NCBI GenBank assembly: GCA_965218095.1
Contig: OZ244587.1
Coordinates: 448,001 to 512,000 of the forward strand
DNA from: Candidatus Poribacteria bacterium
GTDB lineage: Bacteria > Poribacteria > WGA-4E > PCPOR2b
DNA: 64,000 nt
Direction of reading: 5' to 3'
A program made the position numbers and the translations under genes. Numbering within the stretch: the first letter of the stretch is position 1; each line of letters starts with the position of its first letter. Below are positions 1 to 10,846 of this stretch, one piece after another. Under the pieces are notes generated by a model. That model saw only the letters and a list, made by a program, of their open reading frames with translations. It did no database searches and was not told the DNA's origin.

Positions 1-50
1 TGCTTTGGATCAGGCGGTCGAGGCATAGTACTTTTGAGGAGGGATGTCGA

Positions 51-272
51 ATGTGGGATGAGCAAAAGCGAGGACGATTTCAGTTTTTACGCTAACGTGA
101 ATTAGATGGCGCGCTCACGCAAGCAGAGCAAACGGAACTGTTGCAGATGGTTCGGGAGATTGAGCATGCGGAATCCGCCTCTCTTCACCTCGCGATGGAG
201 CGGTTGCGCGGCAACAGGGAAGAGACGGTTATATCGTCGCTAGGTCTGGTGCGAGCCGACGCCACAACCTGA
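51..272 (+). pseudogene. Small helical hypothetical protein, interrupted by an in-frame TAA
   Basis: RBS GAGGAGG (36-42) and ATG at 51. Reads MWDEQKRGRFQFLR*RELDGALTQAEQTELLQMVREIEHAE; the TAA at 93-95 lies in an otherwise coding-like frame. Confidence 0.5.
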
Positions 273-504
273 TAGCCGGTAACATCTGTCGCGAGCTCAG
301 CCTGCAACTGAAGGGGCAACCTTCAGCGATATGCGCGTTAAAGTCAGCCCAACGAGGCTTTACACATAATGCGATCCTATCTGGAGTGCAAATCGGATTT
401 CCAACAGCTTATCGAATCGGAGGATACGCTTCGGTAGAAACACAATGGTAATCAGAAGTTCCTAACGAAAGGAGTGACAGCGCCACATTGCGCTACGAAG
501 GCTT

Positions 505-1893
505 ATGGCAAAACACCCGAACATTGTCCTGATGGGAGTCGATTCCCTGCTCGCAACCCACATGAGTTGTTACGGTTATCATCGCCTGACGACGCCGCAC
601 ATTGATCGATTCGCACAAGGGGGAACACTCTTTGAACGCACCTACAGCGCCCACATTCCAACGACCAGCGCGTATGCTTCGATGCTCACGGGCATGGACG
701 TTTTTAGTACGCAGGTCGTCGCGTTGCGGCACAAGGGGCCGCTCAGACCGGAAGTCAAAACGCTCGCCGAGATTCTTCGTGAGGTGGGTTACGATACCAC
801 CTGCGTCGGTTTCACCGGCAACCCCAGTTCGCGTGGATTTGATAGCTATCTGGACTACTCAAGTTGGGGCAGTTGGGAGGAGAGACCGAGCCCGAAAGCC
901 CAGAATTTGAATGAAGTTACAATCCCTGAACTCAACCGCCTCGTCGATCAAGGCAAGCCCTTCCTCCTGTTCCTGCGACACATGGACCCGCATTCCCCCT
1001 ATCTGCCTCCGTCTCCTTACGAGCGGATGTTCTACCACGGCGACGAATGCGATCCGGCCAATAAATCAATGGAGCCGGTGATGAACTTCAAGCCGTTCTG
1101 CGACTACTTTGCGAGGTGGATGCCGTCCGGTATCACGGACAAGGATTACATTATCGCCCAATACGACGGCGCCGTCGCCTACATGGATGCTTGTATCCAG
1201 ACAATCTTTAACGCGCTGGAAGCACACGGCATCCTCGACGAAACCATCGTCATCGTCAACGGCGACCACGGGGAAACGCTCTACGACCATGAGTGCTGGT
1301 TTGACCACCATGGAATTTATGATGTTACCCTGCATGTGCCGCTGATTATCCGGCACCCTGGAAAAGTCCCCACCGGAAAACGGATCGGCGGCTTTAACCA
1401 GCATAAAGATTTGGTGCCGACGATTCTTGAACTAGCAGAAATCGAAACAAACATCGAGTTTGACGGCAAGAACTTGATGCCATTGGTCACAGGTGAAGCC
1501 GCTTCTTATGAGAGCGAATTTTACATTACAGAATGCACCTGGATGCGGAAACATGGCTGGCGCACCCCAGAGTGGAAGTTGATTACCGCGCTGGAACCGG
1601 ATTTCCATTTCAAGCCATCGGTCGAACTTTACAACCTGATTCAAGACCCAGGCGAAAATAACAATCTCGCGGAAGCGCATCCGGATATCGTTGCGATGTT
1701 AGAGACACGAATGCAGAACTGGATCGCCAAACGTGAGGCAGAAACCGGCTTGGAAAACCCGATCATGACGCAAGGCGATTGGCACGGGGATGAGGGGGTT
1801 GGGCCGTTTAAAACGGCTCAACAGGCTTACGATACGCTGCACCTCGGCGATCCGGGGCAGGCGGCGAAGTTGCAAGCGGAAGCAAGAAAGTAA
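505..1893 (+). CDS. Sulfatase-like hydrolase (alkaline phosphatase superfamily), non-canonical active-site motif
   Basis: PNIVLMGVDSL, ASMLTG, DPHSPY, GDHGE, VPLIIRHP and ELYNL..DPGE motifs; 462 aa. Confidence 0.9.
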   Translation: MAKHPNIVLMGVDSLLATHMSCYGYHRLTTPHIDRFAQGGTLFERTYSAHIPTTSAYASMLTGMDVFSTQVVALRHKGPLRPEVKTLAEILREVGYDTTCVGFTGNPSSRGFDSYLDYSSWGSWEERPSPKAQNLNEVTIPELNRLVDQGKPFLLFLRHMDPHSPYLPPSPYERMFYHGDECDPANKSMEPVMNFKPFCDYFARWMPSGITDKDYIIAQYDGAVAYMDACIQTIFNALEAHGILDETIVIVNGDHGETLYDHECWFDHHGIYDVTLHVPLIIRHPGKVPTGKRIGGFNQHKDLVPTILELAEIETNIEFDGKNLMPLVTGEAASYESEFYITECTWMRKHGWRTPEWKLITALEPDFHFKPSVELYNLIQDPGENNNLAEAHPDIVAMLETRMQNWIAKREAETGLENPIMTQGDWHGDEGVGPFKTAQQAYDTLHLGDPGQAAKLQAEARK

Positions 1894-1924
1894 CCTTGCG
1901 AAGATTTCAAACCTTCGCAAAGTT
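1892..1924. repeat. REP-like imperfect palindrome
   Basis: aaccttgcgaag-atttcaaac-cttcgcaaagtt directly after the sulfatase stop codon. Confidence 0.5.
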
Positions 1925-1969
1925 TACGTTTCACGCATTACCAATTCGTTTTAATAGAGAGCACTTCCC

Positions 1970-2797
1970 ATGTATCTTACCGAACAACAACTCAACTTTT
2001 TCCACACCTTCGGCTTTATTCACATACCACAACTTTTCAGCCCGGGAGAAACCGCTTGGATCATTGAGGAGTTTGAGTATGTTCTCCAAATTTTCGGGAG
2101 AGGTAAGGAACACAACGGCGCAAAGCGCACGATGATTGTCCCGACGATCGATCACAGCGAGCAGCTCTGCACACTGCTTGACAACGACCACGTTGTTGGC
2201 ATCGCCTCTGATATTCTGGGCGATGACTTTAGCTACGCCTCCGGCGATGGGAACTACTATAGCAGCGACACCGGCTGGCACTCTGATGGCGGGTATCCTG
2301 AGCTTTTCGCAATTAAAGTGGCTTACTACCTTGACCCGTTGACCCGCGACACAGGTTGCTTGCGCGTGCTACCTGGCAGCCATCGGAAAGATTCCTTCTG
2401 GCGAACCGGGAACATGTCGCCCAGGGATTCACAAGCGTTATGGGGCATCCCGCCCTCAGAGATTCCGGGGAATGTCGCCTTAGAGACGAATCCAGGCGAT
2501 CTGGCAATCTTCTATCACGATACCTTCCACGCCTCCTTCGGTGGCAGCAAACGGCGGCGCATGTTCACGATGAACCTGATTAAGCACGGCAAAACTGAGG
2601 AGGAGTTGGCTCGCGTTGACGGATACCTTCGCAGTCACTGCCCTGTGGCTCACGGGTTCAAAATCGGTGGCATGTATACCGACCTGATGCTGGACACCGC
2701 TGATTCGGAGCGGCTGCGGCATTTGGCTCAGTTGCACGAGCGTCATGCACTGGTCCATCCTCAAGATACGTGTCCACGACCACTGCCAAATGTGTAA
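1970..2797 (+). CDS. Phytanoyl-CoA dioxygenase (PhyH) family Fe(II)/2OG oxygenase
   Basis: LTEQQLNFFHTFGF start, WHSD (HxD), GCLRVLPGSH, PGDLAIF..TFHAS. Confidence 0.9.
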   Translation: MYLTEQQLNFFHTFGFIHIPQLFSPGETAWIIEEFEYVLQIFGRGKEHNGAKRTMIVPTIDHSEQLCTLLDNDHVVGIASDILGDDFSYASGDGNYYSSDTGWHSDGGYPELFAIKVAYYLDPLTRDTGCLRVLPGSHRKDSFWRTGNMSPRDSQALWGIPPSEIPGNVALETNPGDLAIFYHDTFHASFGGSKRRRMFTMNLIKHGKTEEELARVDGYLRSHCPVAHGFKIGGMYTDLMLDTADSERLRHLAQLHERHALVHPQDTCPRPLPNV

Positions 2798-2984
2798 ATA
2801 GGGGTTCATGGGTTCAGGAATTCATAGGTTCATTAAATGCCTGTACTTCTGAACGCTTGAACTCACACATTCGATCCATTCTTACAGGGAGATAATATTG
2901 GCAACATCCATCTTTCTCACCGGAATTGATCAAGTCGCTGGAACAATTCAACTCGGCGACCGGATCGCATGGCTCTGACGATCC

Positions 2985-3430
2985 GGTGCATATAAGAATC
3001 TGCTTGTTGCAGCGATTATTGGGGCGGCAGTCTTCCTGATCTGGTACGCTTTGCGCCGGGAGTATTGGCGAAATGCTGCGCGACAGGTCTGCGGGTGTCG
3101 GCTGGCGGTGATTTCCCTCGCCATACTGTCAATCTACATCTTAATTGGACTGCTGGATAGCATCGGCTGGTGTGATCCGGCCTTCGATGTTGATGGAAAA
3201 CTGGTTCGCAACGAAGCGGGCTGGTCTACACCCCAAGGTCGTTGAGCCTGCTGGATCGACTCTATTCACCATTGCTAGAGCGAACGGAAAAAACCTACTC
3301 TGCCTCCTTTGCAATGCACCTCTACACCAAGACAATCGTCCAACAACCTGACGGACAGGTGACTCGAGCTCACTCACCGCTTCAGCCCCCACGCGTACAC
3401 ATCTTCGGACAGACAAAGCAGGAAATGAAA
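2985..3430 (+). pseudogene. Peptide ABC transporter permease (DppC/OppC-like) N-terminal remnant
   Basis: Joining frames gives LLVAAIIGAAVFLIWYALRREYWRNAARQV..LAVISLAILSIYILIGLLDSIGW..SLLDRLY..EKTYSA..HIFGQTK, resembling the HxLGTD motif. Frameshift near 3242; truncated. Confidence 0.6.
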
Positions 3431-3464
3431 AAAAACAGAGTGTGGTGCCCAACATGACGCTACT

Positions 3465-3739
3465 CTACGATAATGCTGCACCCCACCACCAAAAAGCAGG
3501 CCATTTGCAAAAGCGATCAGAAAGGTGGACAATGGGGCAGCGACACTCTGAAGGATCATGATGAGGACAGAAATAATCGGGGCGAGTGGACCGTAGGAGG
3601 CGATGTATTCTCACATCGCCTGTGGGTCTTTGAAGAGATTGAAGATGCTCACGATCCAATCGTGGAAGGAAGGCAGCATGAAAAACAGGCAGATTAGGAG
3701 AAACGCGGTCGTAACAATAATCAGGAATTGAATTCTCAT
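3465..3739 (-). pseudogene. TVP38/TMEM64 (DedA/SNARE-associated) membrane protein remnant
   Basis: MRIQFLIIVTTAFLLICLFF..DPQAM*EYIASYGPLA, then a shifted frame ..IMILQSVAAPLSTFLIAFANGLLFG; one stop plus frameshifts. Confidence 0.65.
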
Positions 3740-4033
3740 CGGCCTAGAATTTGTTCAAAGGTTCATAAGTTGAGGAGCCCGCTAAATAATCCCACATAAG
3801 TTTTTTCCTTTTCAACAACTCGTTCACCGCACGAGGCAGCGAGGGGCGAGAACGGGTGATTTAACCCTGTGACTTAATCGTGCCACTGCACCGCTTTTCG
3901 GGGATTTTTGTGGTCGAGAAATTGCCTCGAACCGCCACCAATGTTGCAAAGTGTAAAAAACATCAGAGTAACTATTTAGATGGGATGAACCACTGAACCC
4001 AGTGAACTCACAATACACAATATAGCCAGTATA

Positions 4034-5134
4034 TTATTTCTCATCGTGGTAGGGTTCATCTGCTGGCAGGGGGATGACATCTTCCGCGCTTACCCATAAA
4101 GTTAGTGCATCCCCCACGTTTTTACCTTGTGTTCCCAGATTATATAGAACCGCTTTGGCCGTCAACTGATCGGTGAGGGCAAGCTGATATTCCTCGATAC
4201 GTCCCAGGTAGGTAACGCCGAGAACCTTCGCACGAAGCTGATTCGATGTTTCTGACTGAACCGCATCTCCGATATGGATGGATTCGGGCCGAATTGAACA
4301 GGTCACTTTTTCACCATCCGTAAAATCGTGATAAACTGTGGTCGAATGAAGCATACCGATTTCCGTCTCAATCCCTGCGGTCCCATTGAACAACGATTGG
4401 ATCTTACCGCTAATAAAATTCGTCTCGCCGATGAAACTGGCAACGAATGGATTGATGGGGAACCGATAAACTTCACGGGGTGCGCCGGACTGGACGATCA
4501 TCCCGTCTTTCATAATTGCCATCCGATCCGCAAGGGAGAGGGCTTCATGCTGATCGTGCGTCACATAGATTGCTGTGGCGCCGGCTTGCGAGTGAATTCG
4601 CTTAATCTCCTGACGCATTTCAAGCCGCAACTTCGCGTCAAGGTTGCTCAACGGTTCATCAAGCAGCAACACATCTGGTTCAACCACCAATGCGCGCGCC
4701 AAAGCAATCCGCTGCTGCTGCCCGCCAGATAGCTTATTGACGGGGCGATCGGCGTATTCCGGCATCTGCACGACCTCCAGGACTTCGCTGACTTTCTGTT
4801 TGCGGATGTCCTTATCAATTTTGCGAAGTGATAGACCATATTCGACGTTCTCGAAAACGGTCATGTGTGGCCAAAGCGCGTAATTCTGGAACACCATCCC
4901 CGTATTCCGCTTATGCGGCGGCACTTTGCTCATCCGCCGATCACCGAACATCAATTCTCCGCTATCGGGCTCGTAGAATCCTGCGATAATGCGCAGGCAG
5001 GTCGTCTTTCCGCACCCCGATGGGCCGAGCAGGAAAAAGAGTTCGCCTTCCTGAATTTCAAGGCTGACATCATTCACAGCGATTGTCGTATCAAATGCTT
5101 TAATGATGTGGTCTAAACGGACTTCGACGGACAA
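4034..5134 (-). CDS. ABC transporter ATP-binding protein (PotA/FbpC-like, TOBE C-terminus)
   Basis: Walker A GPSGCGKT, LSGGQQQR signature, LLLDEPLSNLD, VTHDQ. Confidence 0.93.
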   Translation of the reverse strand: MSVEVRLDHIIKAFDTTIAVNDVSLEIQEGELFFLLGPSGCGKTTCLRIIAGFYEPDSGELMFGDRRMSKVPPHKRNTGMVFQNYALWPHMTVFENVEYGLSLRKIDKDIRKQKVSEVLEVVQMPEYADRPVNKLSGGQQQRIALARALVVEPDVLLLDEPLSNLDAKLRLEMRQEIKRIHSQAGATAIYVTHDQHEALSLADRMAIMKDGMIVQSGAPREVYRFPINPFVASFIGETNFISGKIQSLFNGTAGIETEIGMLHSTTVYHDFTDGEKVTCSIRPESIHIGDAVQSETSNQLRAKVLGVTYLGRIEEYQLALTDQLTAKAVLYNLGTQGKNVGDALTLWVSAEDVIPLPADEPYHDEK

Positions 5135-5193
5135 TGGTCAACTTCCTTCCCTTTGTTGAAGATGTCTGCTGATGTCACAAACTAACAGTTTGG

Positions 5194-5991
5194 TCAATGC
5201 CCCCCATTAAACTCCGACCGAATCAACCTCCCGATTCTGGTAAATCGGATGTCACCGATAATCTTCCAAATCTCCCAAGGCTTTACGGGATTGAGCTGAT
5301 CGTGCGACCAATAGACCATGAAGGCTTGTCCTTTAATATCATCCATCGATACGGTCCCCCATGTACGGCTGTCGCTGCTCTGATCGCGATTATCCCCCAT
5401 TGCAAAAACATGCCCTTCTGGAACCACAAACGGCTTGCCTTCCGGAAACTTCATGCGGAACTGATTCGGTGAGAGCTTATAATCCACAAAAACTTCGCCA
5501 TCAGGCAAATAGTGAGGTTTGCGGAAGGGGGGGAAATCATACCGGTAACCAACGGGATGGGCAGCGTGCTTTGTATACGCGCTATCTTCGACTGCTACCC
5601 CGTTGACGTAGAGCTTGTCCTTCTTCGTTTCAATTGTGTCCCCTTCGACGGCAACGATGCGTTTGATAAAGTTTTTCGTTCGCTCGTGGGGTGGAACGAA
5701 CACGAACACATCTCCTTTCGCCGGTCTATGGAAGTCAAAAAATTTAATGTTCGTTCCCGGAATCCTAATCCCGTAGATAAACTTGCAGACGAGAATGCGA
5801 TCCCCGACGAGCAGGGTTTCTTCCATAGAACCGGACGGGATTTTGAATGCCTCAACGACAAAGGGGCGGATAAATCCAAAGACAAGAGCGAAAGCGACCA
5901 CGATGACCTGAAGATATTCCCATACCACGGTTCTTTGGAATTTCTGCCAGCGTGAAAGGTCTTCGCGTGTATCCACCGGCGTTTTACTCAT
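5194..5991 (-). CDS. lepB: Signal peptidase I
   Basis: TM segment, IPSGSM (catalytic Ser), FIKRIV (catalytic Lys), GDNRDQSSDSR; downstream of lepA. Confidence 0.95.
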   Translation of the reverse strand: MSKTPVDTREDLSRWQKFQRTVVWEYLQVIVVAFALVFGFIRPFVVEAFKIPSGSMEETLLVGDRILVCKFIYGIRIPGTNIKFFDFHRPAKGDVFVFVPPHERTKNFIKRIVAVEGDTIETKKDKLYVNGVAVEDSAYTKHAAHPVGYRYDFPPFRKPHYLPDGEVFVDYKLSPNQFRMKFPEGKPFVVPEGHVFAMGDNRDQSSDSRTWGTVSMDDIKGQAFMVYWSHDQLNPVKPWEIWKIIGDIRFTRIGRLIRSEFNGGH

Positions 5992-6253
5992 GAATGTGTT
6001 ACCTCCAATGTGAAATATAGAAAATAAGCACGAGAGACGTGCGTAACAGGTGAGATAATACCGTTTCTGAATAAAAGCGCAGTATTGGAGCAGAAAAAAG
6101 GTGCTTGCATCCCGATCGGAGATCAGGGAAGAACGGAAGGATGGTTTTCCTCCCTACTTCCTTTCCCTCCCTTCCTTCCAAAGGTTATGCTTGACTGTCG
6201 TTCAGAACTGGTATGACTTTTGCCCAGTGCTTTACTTTCTCCCCTTCTCTCTT

Positions 6254-8077
6254 TTATTCATCTATCGACAGAATCGCCATGAACGCCTCCTGGGGCACCT
6301 CGACGCTGCCAATCTGTTTCATGCGTTTTTTCCCTTCTTTCTGCTGCTCAAGCAACTTCCGTTTGCGGGTAACGTCACCGCCATAGCATTTTGCCGTTAC
6401 GTTCTTCCGGAAAGCGCGAACGATTTCACGTGCAATCACTTTATTCCCGATTGCCGCTTGAATCGGCACGGCAAACATCTGGCGAGGAATCACTTCGCCT
6501 AACTTCTCTGCCAACGCTTTTCCTCGGGCATAAGCCATGTCACGGTGAATAATCGTCGAGAGCGCATCAACCGGTTTTTCGTTGAGTAAAATATCCAGCT
6601 TCACGAGATCTGCGGGTTTGTATTCACCGATCTCATACTCAAGTGACCCATAGCCGCGTGTCGATGATTTGAGCCTGTCATAGAAATCGATGAGGATCTC
6701 GCTCAAGGGGAGCTCGTAGATAATCTGCACACGGGTTTCATCAAGCTGATTCATGCGAATGAAGCCGCCGCGTCGCTTTTGACACAGATCCATCACATTT
6801 CCGATGTAATCTCGCGGAACGATAATGTCAGCAGTAATGTGAGGTTCCTCAATGTGATCAATTCGGTCAATGGGAGGCATCTTCGCCGGGTTATCGACTT
6901 CGATGCACCCTCCAGCTTTTTGGATAACATGGTACTTAACGCTCGGCGAGGTGCGGATAAGGGAAAGGTCAAATTCGCGTTCGAGACGTTCCTGGATAAT
7001 CTCCATGTGCAGCAGGCCCAAGAAGCCGCACCGAAAGCCAAATCCGAGCGCCACAGAAGTTTCGGGCTCAAAACTGAAAGAAGCATCGTTAAGCATGAGT
7101 TTTTCCAATGCCTCTCTGAGCCCTGCAAACTCGCTGGTATCCGCTGGATATAGCCCGCAAAACACGAGGGGCTTCACTTCACGGTAACCGGGCATTGGCT
7201 CTGATGTCGGTCTTGCGTGGTCGGTAATTGTATCGCCAATCTTTGCATCTGCTCTATCTCGGACTCCGGCAATCAGATAACCGACTGAGCCGGTTGAGAG
7301 CTTGTCAACGGGTTTCATGTGTGGCAGGAAAACCCCGACTTCTTCGACTTTGTAAGCCTTCCCCGGCGCCATCAAACGAATCTTGTCGCCCTTCTTCACA
7401 TCCCCATCGAAAACACGCACGTACATGACGACCCCCCGATAGCTGTCGTACAGAGAGTCAATGACCAGTGTTTTGAGGGCTGCATCTGGATGTCCACGCG
7501 GTGGCGGAATGCACTTGACAATTGCCTCCAATACGCCCTGTGTGCCGATACCTTCCTTTGCGCTGATCAAGATGGCTTCGTCCGCGGGGATGCCGACGAC
7601 TTCTTCAATTTGTCGCCTAACCTCGTCAGGACGCGCTGTCGGGAGATCGATTTTGTTGATGACGGGAATAATCTCAAGGTCGTGGTTGATTGCGAGATAA
7701 GCGTTTGCCAACGTCTGCGCTTCGACGCCTTGCGCGGCATCGACGATTAGTATCGCCCCCTCACATGCTGCGAGACTCCTCGAAACCTCGTAGGCAAAGT
7801 CAACATGACCGGGGGTGTCGATCAGGTTCAGTTCATAGAAATTTCCATCTTTGGCAGAGTAGTTGAGCTTGACAACGGTGGCTTTAATGGTGATGCCGCG
7901 TTCCCGCTCAAGCTCCATCAAGTCGAGGACCTGATCGCGCATCTCACGTGGCGTTAGCGTACCGGTGTACTCCAAAAGACGGTCACTCAACGTGCTTTTG
8001 CCGTGATCGATATGTCCTAAGATGCAGTAGTTTCGTATGCTTTGTTGGTTGTTCATCGATAGATAATCATCCATCAA
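6254..8077 (-). CDS. lepA: Elongation factor 4 (start may be the third Met, ~8056)
   Basis: [51 protein letters not shown]. Confidence 0.98.
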   Translation of the reverse strand: MMDDYLSMNNQQSIRNYCILGHIDHGKSTLSDRLLEYTGTLTPREMRDQVLDLMELERERGITIKATVVKLNYSAKDGNFYELNLIDTPGHVDFAYEVSRSLAACEGAILIVDAAQGVEAQTLANAYLAINHDLEIIPVINKIDLPTARPDEVRRQIEEVVGIPADEAILISAKEGIGTQGVLEAIVKCIPPPRGHPDAALKTLVIDSLYDSYRGVVMYVRVFDGDVKKGDKIRLMAPGKAYKVEEVGVFLPHMKPVDKLSTGSVGYLIAGVRDRADAKIGDTITDHARPTSEPMPGYREVKPLVFCGLYPADTSEFAGLREALEKLMLNDASFSFEPETSVALGFGFRCGFLGLLHMEIIQERLEREFDLSLIRTSPSVKYHVIQKAGGCIEVDNPAKMPPIDRIDHIEEPHITADIIVPRDYIGNVMDLCQKRRGGFIRMNQLDETRVQIIYELPLSEILIDFYDRLKSSTRGYGSLEYEIGEYKPADLVKLDILLNEKPVDALSTIIHRDMAYARGKALAEKLGEVIPRQMFAVPIQAAIGNKVIAREIVRAFRKNVTAKCYGGDVTRKRKLLEQQKEGKKRMKQIGSVEVPQEAFMAILSIDE

Positions 8078-8171
8078 ATTCTAACCGAATTGCCTTGCCA
8101 ATCCGGGTGAATCGAATGTTCTCGATCTGCTCCCAAATTCCTCCCGATTTTGCTTTGTCGTCTTCAGACGA

Positions 8172-8543
8172 CTAGTAAATCATGATAGCTTGACCTTTGA
8201 GATCATTGACTGATACAGTCCCCCATACACGGCTATCACTATTCCCATCCCACTTGTCGCCCATGACAAAAACGTGGCCTTTCGGAAACTTCATGCGGAA
8301 CTGACGCGGTAGGAGATTATAATTGGCAAAAGCCCGACCGCGAGGTATATAACGCGGATCGCTAAAGGGCGGAAAGTCGCGTTTGTAGAGGAGAGAATTC
8401 GGAACATGTTGGGTGTAGCGGCTATCATCGATTGCTTCGCCGTTGACGTAGAGCGTATTTTCCTTCGCTTCAATCGTGTCGCCTTCAAGGGCGGCGATTC
8501 TTTTGACAAGAATCTTATCCAGCTCGTGAGGCGGGATGAACAT
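8172..8543 (-). pseudogene. Truncated second signal peptidase I (paralogue of 5194-5991)
   Basis: ILVKRIAALEGDTIE..DFPPF..QFRMKFP..VMGDKWDGNSDSRVWG closely resembles the intact lepB, but the N-terminal TM and Ser motif are missing. Confidence 0.8.
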
Positions 8544-8712
8544 AGCAACCTCCCCGCGTAAGACGCACTGATACCACGGGAGATGGTAGAGAGAAAAACT
8601 GCCAACCGAGGTTTTCTAAAACTGTTTGATTCCATTTCTTCTCGTAAGGGGCTTCAACTTTTGAATGAAGTCAGGATTCACCAGATTCACCTCACTTTGA
8701 CGACCGGAGGCG

Positions 8713-9444
8713 TTATCTTGTTGATACATAGCTTTCTTTGATTTCTTGCAGTATTGTTCCTGCTGCCTCACATGGGTCATCTGACGCCGTGATGGGACGC
8801 CCGACCACGATGTAATCCGCGCTAGCGGCGATCGCTTCGGTAGGCGTCATGATCCGTCGTTGATCGTTTGACCTCGCCTGTGCCGGGCGAACGCCGGGCG
8901 TGACAATCAAAAAATCGTCGCCGCAGCCCGCCCGAATCAACTCAATCTCCAATGGCGAGGCAACCACACCATCTAAGCCTGCTTTTTGGGATAACTCTGC
9001 AAGATTAGCTACCCCATCCTTGAGCTTTCGCTGTGTGCCAAAATCGCGCTGAAGACTTGCTTCGTCAATGCTTGTGAGAACCGTTACGCCCAAGAGCGTT
9101 GGCTTGGGAATCCCAAGCTTGGTCGATTTTTCTTCTGCGGCTTCTCTTGCAGCGTGCATCATCTCAAACCCGCCCGAAGCATGCATGTTGATCATATTGG
9201 CGCCGATCATTGTTGCAGAGGCAACTGCGCCGGCGACGGTGTTAGGGATGTCGTGGAATTTGAGGTCCAGGAAAATTTCCTTGTTCGCGTCACGCACCAA
9301 CTTGACGGAGGCGGGACCGGTAGCGGTGAAAAGCTGCTTACCGATTTTGAACCACTTAACGTTGTCGGAGAGCGTTGTGATAAGTTGGTTTGCTGCATTC
9401 AAGTTATCGAAATCTAGGGCGACGATGAGTTTGTTTTTGGGCAT
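8713..9444 (-). CDS. pyrF: Orotidine-5'-phosphate decarboxylase
   Basis: LIVALD, DLKFHDIPNTV, VTPGVRP, VVGRPIT. Confidence 0.97.
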   Translation of the reverse strand: MPKNKLIVALDFDNLNAANQLITTLSDNVKWFKIGKQLFTATGPASVKLVRDANKEIFLDLKFHDIPNTVAGAVASATMIGANMINMHASGGFEMMHAAREAAEEKSTKLGIPKPTLLGVTVLTSIDEASLQRDFGTQRKLKDGVANLAELSQKAGLDGVVASPLEIELIRAGCGDDFLIVTPGVRPAQARSNDQRRIMTPTEAIAASADYIVVGRPITASDDPCEAAGTILQEIKESYVSTR

Positions 9445-9480
9445 ATTAAATCCTTTTTCATTACTTGGCCATATCCCGTC

Positions 9481-10206
9481 CTAATCAGCAGGCTTATCCG
9501 GCAACGGTGGCAGAATCTCCAGCCGAACCGGCGCCGTCCCTTTCAGCAGCATCCCAAGCTCAATTGCAGCTTTTCGAGACAGGTCGATAATCCGATCTTT
9601 GACGAACGGGCCCCGATCATTGATTCGCACGATGGTGGATTTTTTATTGTCCAGATTGGTGACGTAGACCTGTATGTTGAATGGGAGTAGTTTGTGCGCC
9701 GCCGTCATTTGGTTCATGTCGTAGATTTCGCCGTTTGCCGTTTTTCGCCCGTGGAATGGTTTACCGTACCACGATGCAATACCGATTTGCGTATTGAAGC
9801 GTCTGATTTCAACCTTTGCCACGCCACTTTCCAACATCTCAAGCATTTTCGCTGCACGCCATGAAACGAGAAGAAGACTATCACTCCTGTGCGAAATGCG
9901 ATCATTGATGCGGAGGACAGCCGTTTTCCCATTGGTGCGGTTCCGCACATGAACGTACGTACCAAATGGAAACGTCCGATGCGCACCGACAAGATTATTA
10001 TAATTGTGGGGTTCGCCGCTCGCTGTTGGTCTACCTTGAAACGATTTGCTTATCCATCTTGCTGCCCCTCGCTCGGTTTTCCCGGCTTGTCCACCGTTGG
10101 CGACGGAAGCCCACCCACAAAGCAGCCCACAGATGATAAGAAGAAAAGCCGGTTGAAACTTGCGTCTATCCATCAAAGGTATCCTCCGGAAGATTGAATT
10201 TGTCAA
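9481..10206 (-). CDS. rlpA: RlpA-family lytic transglycosylase with two DPBB domains
   Basis: Signal peptide; [27 protein letters not shown] and INDRGPF..RIIDLS, preceded by a more divergent first copy. Confidence 0.9.
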   Translation of the reverse strand: MTNSIFRRIPLMDRRKFQPAFLLIICGLLCGWASVANGGQAGKTERGAARWISKSFQGRPTASGEPHNYNNLVGAHRTFPFGTYVHVRNRTNGKTAVLRINDRISHRSDSLLLVSWRAAKMLEMLESGVAKVEIRRFNTQIGIASWYGKPFHGRKTANGEIYDMNQMTAAHKLLPFNIQVYVTNLDNKKSTIVRINDRGPFVKDRIIDLSRKAAIELGMLLKGTAPVRLEILPPLPDKPAD

Positions 10207-10403
10207 TGATGCCCTTCAGCATTGTCAAGGTAGTAGCGAGGAATTTTGGGATTCCTTCCATGAACTTTAAGTGGATAAGTGTGTTGACGTTGCGTACCTA
10301 GAATGAGCTCTTTAACTTTGAAAGGGTGTTTACCTCGCTTGGTATTTTCTACCTGAAGCCTATATGTTCTGAGGATTCTCCGTAGCCGATTTAATCTAAG
10401 CAT
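10203..10403 (-). CDS. Small basic HicA-like toxin candidate (possibly degraded)
   Basis: [37 protein letters not shown]; its ATG overlaps the end of the upstream HicB-like frame; a G-x-H motif is present. Confidence 0.45.
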   Translation of the reverse strand: MLRLNRLRRILRTYRLQVENTKRGKHPFKVKELILGTQRQHTYPLKVHGRNPKIPRYYLDNAEGHH

Positions 10404-10811
10404 ACTGCAGAGCGAGACCATTCCCTTCTTCGAGGAGTTGCAAAAAAGCTTGTTTTTCTTGATTGTAAACAGTTCGATTCTCTTTTTGCTTTGCTTGATA
10501 CCGTAATCCGTAGAACATCTGCCAATACTGCGGTGGAGAAGGGTTGAAAAACCCTTCTCCACCGGGCAAATCCTCCAGGTATATCAAACAGGTATATCAA
10601 ACAGGTATATCAAACAGGTATATCAAAATCGCCTCCTGAATATCTTCTTTGCATTCCTCCACAGTTTCTCCGGACAATATAATTCCTAAATCTAAACAAC
10701 GGATATAGAAGGCATCAGATTCAGAAGTAATCAGGAAATCGAGCCGAATACTTCTAATACCAGGAAAACTGAACCTGTTAAGGCTTCAATTGGTTTCACT
10801 GAAACGTCCAT
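10396..10811 (-). pseudogene. HicB-like antitoxin disrupted by a frameshift and a 13-bp repeat expansion
   Basis: ..DFLITSESDAFYIRCLDLGIILSGETVEECKEDIQEAILIYL[repeat]EDLPGGEGFFNPSPPQYW matches the HicB pattern GxTxEEAxxxxxEAIxxYL. Confidence 0.65.
10576..10627. repeat. Tandem repeat, 4 x 13 bp (caggtatatcaaa)
   Basis: Four perfect adjacent copies read directly from the sequence. Confidence 0.95.
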
Positions 10812-10846
10812 TGTTTTATCCTTTCAGAACTCTCGTAATACTGTTA

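Noticed and set aside
3820-3910. Possible cobalamin riboswitch (contains GCCACTG)
   Set aside because: The other conserved B12-element motifs could not be found, and no related gene lies downstream.
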